Positions 32,673-45,671 are shown, counted from the first letter of the whole stretch. The stretch is DNA of 63,879 nt, filler included, from Thraustochytrium aureum (GCA_012862495.1; 6 parts of 4 records of this genome joined end to end with filler, not necessarily neighbours in it), one strand, 5' to 3'. The notes: generated by a model not told the origin, from the sequence alone. Program-made: numbers and translations.

Positions 32673-35573
32673 TCAAGGTGAGTGCACAGCAATCGTCCGC
32701 TTCAGATCGCGAATCTTGTCAGGGAGGGACGCAGTCGGCGACCCGAGCCCTGCGTTGCGCGGCGAGCCAGGGCGGTGCGTCCCAGGAGTTTCCGCCGACG
32801 TCGCGACGCTGATGTTTGGTGCAAACGCATGCATTTTCGTCGCGAAGGACGACCGCGCAGACTGAGCGAGGTCGACGCGGACTTGGCCGTCGCTGTCCAT
32901 TGACGCACTTGCGTTCCTGGCGCGGGCGCGGTTCCAGTGCCCACCGGAGACGATGCTGCGTGCGGGAGAAAGTGGCGGCGACCGCGCGCCGGGCGTTCCT
33001 GGCCGCGAGCCGTATCGCGCACTCGCTCGCGACCGCTGCCCCTCCTCCGTCTGCTCATACAGGGCCAGAGCCTCGCCCTCGAGGCTCATGCACGATTCGA
33101 GTAGGAGGCCAAGCTTGCCGACGTCGTGGTCGTACCTCGAAGCCCATGCCTGCTCCCGGAGCTCGAGCTCGCGGCGCATCGCATCGACTTGGCCGACGAG
33201 AAAGAGTATCTTGGCGTCCTTCTCTGCAACAGCGCGAGNNNNNNNNNNNNNNNNNNNNNNNNNNNNNNNNNNNNNNNNNNNNNNNNNNNNNNNNNNNNNN
33301 NNNNNNNNNNNNNNNNNNNNNNNNNNNNNNNNNNNNNNNNNNNNNNNNNNNNNNNNNNNNNNNNNNNNNNNNNNNNNNNNNNNNNNNNNNNNNNNNNNNN
33401 NNNNNNNNNNNNNNNNNNNNNNNNNNNNNNNNNNNNNNNNNNNNNNNNNNNNNNNNNNNNNNNNNNNNNNNNNNNNNNNNNNNNNNNNNNNNNNNNNNNN
33501 NNNNNNNNNNNNNNNNNNNNNNNNNNNNNNNNNNNNNNNNNNNNNNNNNNNNNNNNNNNNNNNNNNNNNNNNNNNNNNNNNNNNNNNNNNNNNNNNNNNN
33601 NNNNNNNNNNNNNNNNNNNNNNNNNNNNNNNNNNNNNNNNNNNNNNNNNNNNNNNNNNNNNNNNNNNNNNNNNNNNNNNNNNNNNNNNNNNNNNNNNNNN
33701 NNNNNNNNNNNNNNNNNNNNNNNNNNNNNNNNNNNNNNNNNNCGCTCGTTGCTGCGCGAATGCGTCTGCACCACGTCTTGGAGGCGCCTGCCAGGGCTGG
33801 ACTTGCCCAAACCTCGGCAAGCTGGTCCGCGACGGCCTGGAACTCGGCCTCGGACGCGTCGAGCGTCGCCACGACGCGCGCTGCTGCGTCGAGGCCCGCC
33901 ACGACGTTGGCCTGCGCTCTCTCTTGCTCGCGGGCCGCGTCCGCGGCAGCCTGGACTGCTTGATCGAGGTCGCGCTGCAGGCTTGCGGCGAGCTGCTGCG
34001 CTTCGCCGAGAGCGCCCTCGGCCGCGCGCGCGCGGGTGCGATATCGCTCAGCGTCCCCTTGCAGCGCGGCGGACTGGTGCGCGGCTTGCTCCAGGCGGTC
34101 CTCGAGGCCCGCGCAGCGCTCTCGGGCGGCGGCGAGCTCGCCGAGGGTCTGCTCGTTTTCGGCGGCCTGTGCGCGGTGGAACCGTTCCCGCTCGCGAGCT
34201 TCTGCCTCGAGGCGCGCCACTCTGTCCTGGAGCTCCGCCGCGCCGTCCGAGTGCCCGAGGACGCTCTCCGGCTCGGCAAGCTTGGCGAGAACGCCTTCGA
34301 GGGCTTCCCGCACCCTGCGCGGCGCTTGCGAGTCGGAGGCCTTCTCCAGGAGCGCTTGCACGCGGGCAGAGAGTTGGGACCTGCGACGCCCTTGGTCGGG
34401 GCTGGCGCCCGCGGCCTGGATGGAGGCGAGCTCTGCTTTGATGGCGCGGAGCTCGACGAGGAGGCCTTGCGCTTGTCCGCCTCGCTGCGCAGCACGGCTA
34501 GCGACGCCGTCGATTTGGGCGAAGCGAACCTCTTGCTTGAGTTCAGCGACCTCGTTCGCCACGTCCGCAGCAAACTTGGCCTTATTCTCCAATAGCTGTT
34601 CGGTGGTGTCGAGGCGCGAAGTCGCGGCCTCCCTTGCCGAGTCGGCGGCCTGCGCGCGCGCGGCCAGGGCGGCATTTTCCTCCTCAAGTTGAGCTGACCG
34701 AGTCGCCTCCTCCTCGAGGCGCTGCTCGAGTTTGAGGCGCTCGCGCTCTGCGTGTCGCAGTCTTCCGGCGAGCATTTGTGCCTCGGACCGCTCGTACCTC
34801 ATACGTGCAGCCGTGCGCATCTCTAGTGTGACGGCTTGGCCGTCGAGCACGTCGAGCGACTTGAGGTGGAACACGGCGTACTCTGTTGCATGGTCGTCGC
34901 GCGCAATAGGGTTGCCCATTATAGTCAGGCTTGTGAGCGCTTGCAGGGGCTCGAGGTTGTCGAGGTCCTGCGTCTCAGCGATACGGTTCCGTGCAAGCCG
35001 CAGCACTTTGAGAGCGCGGAGTGGCGCGCCGCCGCGAGCCGTTTCTGGCAGCGGGGGTATGCGCGATATTTGGTTCCCGGAGAGGTTGAGGTGCTCTAGT
35101 TTGGCCAGCCACTCGAGCCCGTCCCAGTCGAGGTGCCTGACCCGATTCTCCGCCAGGTTCAGGGCCCGGAGCTCTGTCAAGGCCCCGAGGCCCTCGATGC
35201 GCTCAATGAGGTTGTAGCTCAGGTCGAGCTCCTCGAGCTTGGACAGCTTGTCGAGATGCTCGATGCGTCGGATCTTCGCGCTGCCGCGCGGCAGGTGCAA
35301 GCTGAGGACGCGGATCCGCGACAAGCTCGCGCCGGGGCCAAGGCGTGCGTGCTTTCGCACAAGTGCCTCGCTAAGGAACCTGACGCCGGCCTGGTGCCTC
35401 GACGAAGTGGGCGACCATGCCGAGGATGATGATACGGACGATACCTCTGACGACGCGTCCCTGGCGGCACCTTGACCACTCGCTTCTCGCGGCTGCGTCC
35501 CCGCGCGGTCAGTTTTGGCCTCGTCAGCATCCGCCCCGCTTCCGCTGCTCGCGCGAGGACCCCTGGCCGCCGC

Positions 35574-35600
<27 letters not shown>
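32673..35600 (-). CDS. CNTRL: Centriolin-like LRR plus coiled-coil centriolar protein (start uncertain; internal gap)
   Basis: GVRFLSEALVRK..., SDS22-like LRRs (LEELDLSYNLIERIEGL), LRR cap GNP...AVFHLKSLDVLDGQAVT, then a long coiled coil; resembles the centriolin N-terminus as I recall it. Confidence 0.7.
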
Positions 35601-35604
<4 letters not shown>

Positions 35605-36169
35605 ACTTCTCGCGTGCTGCTGGCGGCGCCGGGACTCGCTTCGCGCGGCGATCATCGTTGCGCGGCTGTGAGGCCGCCAGCAGGCCGCAGGTGGGGGGCC
35701 GCGACCAAGTTTTTCAAAACCAGCGGGATGGCCGCTCGAAATGTCGCGGCGACACACCCTCGCGCTGCTGCTGCGCGGCGAGGCCCGCTGCGCTGGCGTG
35801 CTGGCTTGGCCGGCCAGCGATTCAACTTGCGACCGCAGCCAAGTCGGCCTCGCTCGCTGCTCCGACGAGGCTGACGGACTGGGCGGCATTGACGCGACCA
35901 TGACAGGCCAACTCAACGACACTTCAAACATTCCCGGCGCCTGTGCGTCCAGGCGCTGCTGAGCATGTCGCGGAGGGCGGCGAGGCGGGCCTGGAGCGCA
36001 TTGATCTGTCAAAAATAATTGCTTTGTGCAAGGGGTTGAAAAAGGCGCCAGCCGACTCGGTGTACCGGAGCGGCAGTGCGGAGGGCGTGGACACGTTCGG
36101 CTTCTCGAGGTGGCGGCCGAGGCTGCAACGCCCTGCCGACGCCCGGCTCTCCCACTACTAACTCTAGAG

Positions 36170-37265
36170 CTAGTAGTGGGCCGAGGCTAGAGTAAGGAGG
36201 ACGGCGCTGAACAGGCCGACGAGGGTCGACGATGATGCGTTCTTGCTGCCGTTGTCGGAGAAGGTGATGGTCCCGTCCTGCTTGACCGAGTTGTCCTCCA
36301 GGCGGCGGCGGCTGCCCGAGCCGGCGGCCGCCTCTGCGAAGATCATGGCGCCCAAGTTGAGCTCGTACTCGAGCGACGCGGAGAGGCCAAGCAGAGTGCG
36401 GACTGCGATCATCTCAGTTTTGGCGCTGGCGTCCACTTTCGCTTCGCTGAAGGCGGAGAACTTGATGACAGCTTTCATCTCGCCCGTTTTGGCGTCCGCG
36501 TCGATCTTGAGGAGCGGGGCGCCAGCGCACACGTCGACGCCGGCTTTGCCAGCAATGTTCGCCATGGCTCTAGCGCTCGTCAACACGCTGGCGTCGCCCT
36601 GCGCGCTGGCGTAGCCCTCGAGGCTGCCCCGGACGCAAACGTTGTTCAAAAGCTCGGCCTGGTCGATCACAAAGCCAAAGACCTTGCCTGCGCTGGGGAA
36701 CACGGCGGCGTCCACGTCGAGGGAGGCGGTGAGGCCGCTGAAGACGATGCTGGGCGTGCTCGCAGCAAAGTTGACGTCGATCTCTGTAGCGGTGTCGTTC
36801 AGTGCGGCGGCGTCAATTGTGGCGTCAAAGGTCACTTTCCAGCTCAGGTTGGCGAAGTTTGTCTTGTCCAGGTCGACGATGAGCTCGAGGCTGCAAGCCA
36901 GCGTCCAGGGCAGCTCGGTGTTCTGGAGCGAGCAGGACGAGCCTGAAGCAAATGTGATGGTCTNNNNNNNNNNNNNNNNNNNNNNNNNNNNNNNNNNNNN
37001 NNNNNNNNNNNNNNNNNNNNNNNNNNNNNNNNNNNNNNNNNNNNNNNNNNNNNNNNNNNNNNNNNNNNNNNNNNNNNNNNNNNNNNNNNNNNNNNNNNNN
37101 NNNNNNNNNNNNNNNNNNNNNNNNNNNNNNNNNNNNNNNNNNNNNNNNNNNNNNNNNNNNNNNNNNNNNNNNNNNNNNNNNNNNNNNNNNNNNNNNNNNN
37201 NNNNNNNNNNNNNNNNNNNNNNNNNNNNNNNNGATCGCGAGGGTGGCTTGGGCCTTGGTCATCAT
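36170..37265 (-). CDS. Probable GPI-anchored or cell-surface protein (internal gap)
   Basis: Signal-like start MMTKAQATLAI; beta-rich body; RRRL motif; C-terminal small residues plus hydrophobic tail NASSSTLVGLFSAVLLTLASAHY. Confidence 0.65.
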
Positions 37266-39026
37266 GGGTGGTTGGGGTTTTCTTGGTCTGCGGGGGCGGG
37301 ATTTGCTGCTTGGCTTTGTCGCGCTGCTCGCGTTTGGGGTCTGCTTGCTCCCGCCGGACTCGTCGCAGTGCAATGCCGTCCGACGGGTCCACCTTGTGAG
37401 TAAGTTGTGGAGTATGCCAATCACCAACGTGAGAGGCATGCGTGCCTCCGCGGTCGGCACTGGCGCCTGGCTCTTCAAGTTGGCTCCAGGGTCTGGACAG
37501 AGTGGATCCAAAATCCGCCCACTGCACTTGTGACAAGGCCGTCCACTTACCACGCTCGCCCATTCTATTGCGCCTCATGAGCCCCTGCCGCTGGCTCTGC
37601 CGCGAGATTTCTGCCGCGGCGACTGATTTCACTGGTCTCCCTTTCAAGAGGGGAGGGGGTCTGTCGTTGGCAGCAGCGAGTTTGCCCCAACGAGCAGCCG
37701 ATTCTGCTTGTGAAATGGCAGTATGCGCTCAGCGCACGCGTGCGGCGCTGGCGAGCAAGCCAGACCAAAGCGGACCGATCCTCCTGCCAGCCGCGACATG
37801 CAGCACTCGCGATGTTGAACCGCCTTCCCCAAGGAGGATCCTGCTTGCCTGCTCACTTGTTGCATCTCCGAGCAGGCATGTGGCTTCGCAGGTCCAGTTC
37901 GGTTCGTGCCTCTGAAACCCATGTCGGCCACTCGCGCAATCGGCGCACGACGAGAGAGCGGGCGTCCGGTACATCGCGCGGCGCCTCGCGCGCTCNNNNN
38001 NNNNNNNNNNNNNNNNNNNNNNNNNNNNNNNNNNNNNNNNNNNNNNNNNNNNNNNNNNNNNNNNNNNNNNNNNNNNNNNNNNNNNNNNNNNNNNNNNNNN
38101 NNNNNNNNNNNNNNNNNNNNNNNNNNNNNNNNNNNNNNNNNNNNNNNNNNNNNNNNNNNNNNNNNNNNNNNNNNNNNNNNNNNNNNNNNNNNNNNNNNNN
38201 NNNNNNNNNNNNNNNNNNNNNNNNNNNNNNNNNNNNNNNNNNNNNNNNNNNNNNNNNNNNNNNNNNNNNNNNNNNNNNNNNNNNNNNNNNNNNNNNNNNN
38301 NNNNNNNNNNNNNNNNNNNNNNNNNNNNNNNNNNNNNNNNNNNNNNNNNNNNNNNNNNNNNNNNNNNNNNNNNNNNNNNNNNNNNNNNNNNNNNNNNNNN
38401 NNNNNNNNNNNNNNNNNNNNNNNNNNNNNNNNNNNNNNNNNNNNNNNNNNNNNNNNNNNNNNNNNNNNNNNNNNNNNNNNNNNNNNNNNNNNNNNNNNNN
38501 NNNNNNNNNNNNNNNNNNNNNNNNNNNNNNNNNNNNNNNNNNNNNNNNNNNNNNNNNNNNNNNNNNNNNNNNNNNNNNNNNNNNNNNNNNNNNNNNNNNN
38601 NNNNNNNNNNNNNNNNNNNNNNNNNNNNNNNNNNNNNNNNNNNNNNNNNNNNNNNNNNNNNNNNNNNNNNNNNNNNNNNNNNNNNNNNNNNNNNNNNNNN
38701 NNNNNNNNNNNNNNNNNNNNNNNNNNNNNNNNNNNNNNNNNNNNNNNNNNNNNNNNNNNNNNNNNNNNNNNNNNNNNNNNNNNNNNNNNNNNNNNNNNNN
38801 NNNNNNNNNNNNNNNNNNNNNNNNNNNNNNNNNNNNNNNNNNNNNNNNNNNNNNNNNNNNNNNNNNNNNNNNNNNNNNNNNNNNNNNNNNNNNNNNNNCG
38901 GCGGCAAGTCGCCCGGGGCGCACTTGGACGCGCGACGGCTGCTGGCGCGACGCGCGAAGTCGCTGCGCTGGCTGCGCGCTCGGCGGGGCTTTCGCGGGCG
39001 GGCGCCTGTGGTCGCGAGGCGGTTGG

Positions 39027-41378
39027 ATGCGAGCGGAGGACCTGGCTAGGGCGGCGGCGGGGGCCAGCCCACCGGAGTATGAGGCGGCGCAAAAGGTGGT
39101 GGCCGGTCGACGCGAGCTGAGGCGGTCAGGGTCCGGGTGGGAACTGCGCGGCGCGAGGCTGAGCCCGGGGGCGAAAGGGTCTGCGTCGGACGGCGAGAGT
39201 ACCGACGAAAATGACAGGCGCTGCGCGAACGGAGCGCTGCCGTCCCGCACGGCGAGCAGCGCCTGCGTGAAAAAGCAGAGCGGCCTGCGCGTCGCAACCA
39301 CGACGCCCAACCCTGTGACGGCGCAGTTGCAGCAACAGCAAGACAGCCCCGGGACTCCGACGAGCGTCACGGGAACGCCAGGGCAGGTGCGCGGCCTTGC
39401 AGGGACGTCCAACCTTGCCAGGCAGTTGTTCGCGGCGAGAGAGGACTCTGCCGAGCACGCGGGAGCCTGCACAGCGACTCGGTTCGCTTCTGCCTCGAGA
39501 ACCGACCGGGGCCCGCCGCGCGCCGCGAACCGCGGCACAGCCGCCAGGACCGGAGGGCACTCGGTGAGGTTCCAGCGCTGGGTTCCGTTTCAAGCCTGGG
39601 AGCGCGGACAGCGCCGAAGCAATTACCGACTTTCACGACGGCTTGCTCTCTGTGCACAAGCCGCCATGTCGAGCTCGCCGCAAAGCTGACGCGGACCAAC
39701 TTTAAGCGGCTGCAACGCGAGCTCGAGGTCCAGCAGGCCAAGCTGATCGAGCTGAGCGAGCAGGGCATCCTGCGCGCCAAAGACAAGAACCTTCGCAAGG
39801 TGATCCACACGGTCTCGAGCTTTGTGTTTGTGGTGCTCCTGGGCGCCATAATGTTCTGCAACTACGTGATGCTGGCCCCGCACCTGAACGCGGTGGCAAC
39901 CGCCTGCCTCCTGGCACTCGTGCTCAGCTCGTTGCGCGAACGCCTAACCAGATATGTGCGTGCCGGGCGCAGCCGCCTCGTGCACCGCCTCTTCGGGCTG
40001 CGCGATTCGCCAGCAAGCCCAGCAAGGCTTGGGCTTGTGGCGGCGGCCTTCGCGGCGGCTGCGTGCGCTGTGGCTGTCCTCGCGGCCGCCCCGAGCGAGC
40101 CGCGCTTCCCAGAGCAGACCACCGAGTTTGCCGCGCGGGTCGTCGTCTGGCGGGTCGCTGCTGGCGCTGCCTGGCTCACGGTTGCTGGGGCAGCGGCCGC
40201 CGTCGCGCTCCTCGTGGTGGATCCGCGAGCGCTAACAGCTGGCTCCCTCACCGTCGTTGTGCTGCTCGCGATCTGCGTCCCGTTGCTCTACGCGCTCAAG
40301 CAGTGCGCGCGCGAGGCTGAGGTTGTTGCCAAGTTTTTCATGGGCATCATTGAGAGCGACGAAACGCTTCGAAGCACGGTGGACGCCATCCTGGCCTCGG
40401 GCTGGTTTCGCGCCGCGCACCGGCAGGCGACCAACCTGCTTGGGCCTGAGGTAGTCCCGAGCGAGGTGAACGGCGTTGCCGTCAAGGACACTCTCCGGAA
40501 CAGCCTCCGCCAGGTAGCAGAGGTGGCGGGGTCCAACATGCAGGCCTTTTCTGGCAACGTGCTCAGCGTGGTGAGCAATCTCTCCAACATCGGTGAGTTG
40601 TTGGCGCTGCAGGCCGTGGGGTGCGGGCGTGTTTTTCGGTAGCGTTGTGCGGGCGCCAATGAGTGGGTGCGGAGCTGACGCGGGCGGGCCGGGCGGGCCT
40701 GGTTTGTTGCGTGACAGTCTGGGCTTTCACGACCTTTTCGACGACTCTGTTTTACCTGCTGAACAACGAGAGCCCTTGGGAGTACTTTGACGCGCTCTCG
40801 CCGCTCTCGCCGCAAGACAACGCAGAGCTGTACGAGAGTATCAAGACGTCCACCTCGAGCATCCTCAAGTGCTCGGTCTGCATCCTCACGTGCCACTTTA
40901 GCGTCATGTATGGCTTGCTGAGCTTTTGCGACTTTCAGATTGTGGCCATCCCCTCGTTTGCGTGCGGGTTGTTCGCGGTCATGCCTCTCTGGGGTACTAC
41001 GTCGTGTTCGTGCCGGTGGCGTGCGTCATGTGGGCGAGCGGCCAGCCTGTGTCGGCCGTCGCCGTGGTCGCCATCGAGCTCGTCATGGTCCTGTACACCG
41101 ATCCTAAGCTGACGTCCTTCATTCCGGGCGACTCGCACTTTGTTGCGCTGTCGATCGCCGCTGGTTTGTATTCGTTCGGCGCGCTTGGCGTCTTGTACGG
41201 TCCGCTTTTGGTCTGTCTGCTGGGGTCTGTGTTTCAAATCTACATCCGGTACCTCAAGAAGCCGCTCAACAACGACATGTACTCGCCAACCCCGCCGCAA
41301 GCTCTTTGGGGGTCGCGTTGCAGGTGCGGCTTTGCAGTGAGACTTGTGGCGATCAAGCGCTCGCTGCAAATGGCGTGA
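39027..41378 (+). CDS. AI-2E/TMEM245-like multipass membrane protein; intron 40593-40717, probable intron about 39564-39660
   Basis: MLAPHLNAVATACLLALVL, TTLFYLL, GLFAVMPLWG, LSIAAGLYSFGALGVLYGPLLVCL; frameshift at about 40995. Confidence 0.72.
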
Positions 41379-43105
41379 TGAGTGAGTCAGGGGGGAGGGT
41401 TCCGACGCGATCTGAGGCCGAGGCACCCTCAGTCGCTCACGCCAGAAGCGCTGGACCGACCAGGTCCGCCGCTGGTCTCGAGCTACTTCACTAGCTCTCT
41501 AGCTCTAGCTAGCTAGAGAGAGAGCGCAGAGAGCGTGGGGTGGAGCCATTTCTTTGCCGAAGCGCAGCGCTGCGTGGCCCGTTCTTTCGCGCAGCGCCCC
41601 CGCAGCAGGTCCGCAAAGCCAACATCGTATGTAGAGACGAGCACTCCACCCAGAAAACATCCCAACACTGTATACATACTCCACAGCCTCTCGCCGCGCG
41701 ACCTCAACCCAGCGCATGACAACCTCCACAACCACAGCCGACCCCACCCCAAAACCTCCACGGACGCGGCGCTGCATCCACCCATGCAAGCATGCATCCA
41801 GGCAAGCATCCATCCATCCATCCATCCAGCCCATATCGCCCACATCGGGCCAGACCTCCAGCAGCAGCAGCAGCGGCAGCATCATCATCAGCAGGAGGAC
41901 GACGAGCACGAGCACGAGCATGATCATCGCGGGCCTCGCCGCCGCGCTCGCCACGGAGCCCGATCTGCCTCGGCGTATCCTGGGGAGAGCAGCGGGCGCG
42001 GTTGGTGAGTGGTGAACGCAGCACAGGAGCAGGAAGGAGAGCAGCAGGAGCAATAACAGCGCGGCGCGGGAGCAGCAATAGCGGCGCGAGCGGCGCGAGC
42101 GGCGTGGCGATAGCCGCAGGCGCAGGAGCCGAAGGNNNNNNNNNNNNNNNNNNNNNNNNNNNNNNNNNNNNNNNNNNNNNNNNNNNNNNNNNNNNNNNNN
42201 NNNNNNNNNNNNNNNNNNNNNNNNNNNNNNNNNNNNNNNNNNNNNNNNNNNNNNNNNNNNNNNNNNNNNNNNNNNNNNNNNNNNNNNNNNNNNNNNNNNN
42301 NNNNNNNNNNNNNNNNNNNNNNNNNNNNNNNNNNNNNNNNNNNNNNNNNNNNNNNNNNNNNNNNNNNNNNNNNNNNNNNNNNNNNNNNNNNNNNNNNNNN
42401 NNNNNNNNNNNNNNNNNNNNNNNNNNNNNNNNNNNNNNNNNNNNNNNNNNNNNNNNNNNNNNNNNNNNNNNNNNNNNNNNNNNNNNNNNNNNNNNNNNNN
42501 NNNNNNNNNNNNNNNNNNNNNNNNNNNNNNNNNNNNNNNNNNNNNNNNNNNNNNNNNNNNNNNNNNNNNNNNNNNNNNNNNNNNNNNNNNNNNNNNNNNN
42601 NNNNNNNNNNNNNNNNNNNNNNNNNNNNNNNNNNNNNNNNNNNNNNNNNNNNNNNNNNNNNNNNNNNNNNNNNNNNNNNNNNNNNNNNNNNNNNNNNNNN
42701 NNNNNNNNNNNNNNNNNNNNNNNNNNNNNNNNNNNNNNNNNNNNNNNNNNNNNNNNNNNNNNNNNNNNNNNNNNNNNNNNNNNNNNNNNNNNNNNNNNNN
42801 NNNNNNNNNNNNNNNNNNNNNNNNNNNNNNNNNNNNNNNNNNNNNNNNNNNNNNNNNNNNNNNNNNNNNNNNNNNNNNNNNNNNNNNNNNNNNNNNNNNN
42901 NNNNNNNNNNNNNNNNNNNNNNNNNNNNNNNNNNNNNNNNNNNNNNNNNNNNNNNNNNNNNNNNNNNNNNNNNNNNNNNNNNNNNNNNNNNNNNNNNNNN
43001 NNNNNNNNNNNNNNNNNNNNNNNNNNNNNNNNNNNNNNNNNNNNNNNNNNNNNNNNNNNNNNNNNNNNNNNNNNNNNNNNNNNNNNNNNNNNNNNNNNNN
43101 NNNNA

Positions 43106-43715
43106 ATCCAGCGAGAATGGTGACGTTCTCGGCGGCAGCAGCGTGCTCGAGTCTGGGATCGGGTCGAGGGTTGCCGGTGGACATGGGCCTGTAAAGTCCA
43201 AACCGCCGTCACCACCTCCAGGACTGTCCCCGGTAGGTGCAGGGATTGCTGTGCAGAGAAACCCGGTCCAGTCGGCCTTCGCCGGCAACTCTCTGGGCGA
43301 GCTTGGGGGCGTGCCTCTGGGCGAGTATCTAGCCGCCAACCCGACGCGGCCGAAGCCGACCGTTTCTGCCCCTGGCCCGCCTGGATTCCCGGCCCAGCCC
43401 GCGTACGAGCCCTTTCCGAAGCAAGGCGCCGACCAGAAGGACCTCATGCAGGCAGAAGTCGAGAAGGCGCGCGCGCAGCTGTTGTTGCAGCAGCAAGCGA
43501 ATCAGCGCTACTTGCTTCAACAGCAGCGCCTGCAGCAGCAGCATTTGCTTAGCGGCCAGTTCTCGCGCAGGTCGCCGGACTTGAAGCCGTCGGGGCCGTT
43601 GTCGTCCAGTGGGTCTGCGGCGCAGTGGGGCCTCGACCAGCAGCTCGAGGAGCAGCAGATGCTGTTGCAGCAGATGCAAATGCAGCAGCGGCAGCAGCAA
43701 GACCGGCGCTTTTAG
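43106..43715 (+). CDS. 3' end of an unknown Pro/Gln-rich protein
   Basis: Open frame emerging from the gap, with polyQ tracts, ending QQQQDRRF-stop. Confidence 0.5.
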
Positions 43716-44290
43716 TCCTCGTCGGGCCGGAGGCAGGTTGCGCACCTAGTTGACAGAAAGAACCAATAGCCGGCCGACGTTTCCGTACCCCACCTCGCCG
43801 GCAGCCCTGTGTCAGCAGACCAGCTCGCGCTCATCAGAGTAATCAAAAAGTACAACAACATTTCTACACATCTATGAAAAGCCTGCTGCCTGACTTGGGC
43901 TGCAGAGCTCGGTGCGAGCAACGGACGGACGCGCTCAGCCGTGCTGTCCCTCGAGCGTGCGCGCGAGTGGGTTGTCAGGCCGCAGCCTCCGCCGCCTGTC
44001 CGCAGCAGCAGTCGGCGAGTCGATCGCGGCAAACCCAGCGCAGACTCCGCCGAGCGCAAACGCCACCTCCGCCTCCTCCGCCTCAACAGCAAGCACAATG
44101 CGTTTGGCCTTGCACCCCCCGTCGGCGCCGAGCGCGCTCTCCATCCTCGCCTCAAACGCGTCCAGCGTCAGGCTCCGCGTCGGGTGCGAGGCCGACATTG
44201 CGCCAGCCTGCACAACGCCCTGCAACCAAGCCCACCGCCGCGCCCGCGGGCTCCAAACCTCGCAACGCCGCCGCCGCAACTACAGCAACT

Positions 44291-44322
<32 letters not shown>

Positions 44323-44998
44323 TGCTGGTTGCAGGGCTCGAGTGTCTGCCAGGAGCTCCCGCGCTCCACACTTCAATCACAAGTTGTGCTTTGGCTGGTG
44401 GCCACAGTCCAAAAACAACAANNNNNNNNNNNNNNNNNNNNNNNNNNNNNNNNNNNNNNNNNNNNNNNNNNNNNNNNNNNNNNNNNNNNNNNNNNNNNNN
44501 NNNNNNNNNNNNNNNNNNNNNNNNNNNNNNNNNNNNNNNNNNNNNNNNNNNNNNNNNNNNNNNNNNNNNNNNNNNNNNNNNNNNNNNNNNNNNNNNNNNN
44601 NNNNNNNNNNNNNNNNNNNNNNNNNNNNNNNNNNNNNNNNNNNNNNNNNNNNNNNNNNNNNNNNNNNNNNNNNNNNNNNNNNNNNNNNNNNNNNNNNNNN
44701 NNNNNNNNNNNNNNNNNNNNNNNNNNNNNNNNNNNNNNNNNNNNNNNNNNNNNNNNNNNNNNNNNNNNNNNNNNNNNNNNNNNNNNNNNNNNNNNNNNNN
44801 NNNNNNNNNNNNNNNNNNNNNNNNNNNNNNNNNNNNNNNNNNNNNNNNNNNNNNNNNNNNNNNNNNNNNNNNNNNNNNNNNNNNNNNNNNNNNNNNNNNN
44901 NNNNNNNNNNNNNNNNNNNNNNNNNNNNNNNNNNNNNNNNNNNNNNNNNNNNNNNNNNNNNNNNNNNNNNNNNNNNNNNNNNNNNNNNNNNNNNNNNN

Positions 44999-45628
44999 CT
45001 CCCGTCGGACGACGACGGTGACGAAGACCCGGACGAGGCCTGGGCGATCGAGCGCTTGGCCTCGGGCGCGGCGTTCCCGCTAAAGTACTTGTGCTCGTGG
45101 ACTGTCCCCGCTTGCGAGCTGGACTCGCACTCGGAATGGCGGTACCCTTTCACGCTGATGATCTCCTTCGTGTGGGTCGCCGCGATAAGCTTTGTGATCA
45201 GCTCGATCGTGGAGCACTGGGGGCACCTCACCAAGGTCCCGCTCGCGTTCTTTGGTTTTTTCCTGGTGTCCTTGGGGGCCGAGGTCCCAGACACGGTCCA
45301 GTCTGTCACGGTGGCGCGCCGGGGATACGGCTCGATGGCGGTCAGCAACGCGATCGGGTCTCAGATCTGCAATATTTGCATAGGGCTTGGCTTGCCGTGG
45401 ACGCTGTCCATCTTGGGCGGGCACGAGGTTCCCGTCACGGACGCGCGGCACCTCCTCTTGGCGAGCTACCTGCAGTTCGTCAACATTGCGGTGCTGGCCT
45501 CGCTGCTCTTGCTTCCGGTGCTGGTGTACGGCCAGGACAAGGCGCAGCTGACCAAGCGCAAGGGCGCCGCAATGGTCACCATGTATGTGGCTGTGGTGGT
45601 TACCTATGCGACCCAGTCTCTGCGATGA
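44999..45628 (+). CDS. C-terminal half of an NCKX-like Na+/Ca2+(K+) exchanger (5' part in gap)
   Basis: Alpha-2 repeat LVSLGAEVPDTVQSVTVARRGYGSMAVSNAIGSQICNICIGLGLPW. Confidence 0.88.
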   Translation, partial: LPSDDDGDEDPDEAWAIERLASGAAFPLKYLCSWTVPACELDSHSEWRYPFTLMISFVWVAAISFVISSIVEHWGHLTKVPLAFFGFFLVSLGAEVPDTVQSVTVARRGYGSMAVSNAIGSQICNICIGLGLPWTLSILGGHEVPVTDARHLLLASYLQFVNIAVLASLLLLPVLVYGQDKAQLTKRKGAAMVTMYVAVVVTYATQSLR

Positions 45629-45671
45629 CCGGTCGGTCGGTGAGTTGGCCGGGGGCCTCCTCAACTCCACA

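Noticed and set aside
37710..38907. Long ORFs spanning N gaps in the supplied track
   Set aside because: Their length is an artefact of Ns being translated as X.
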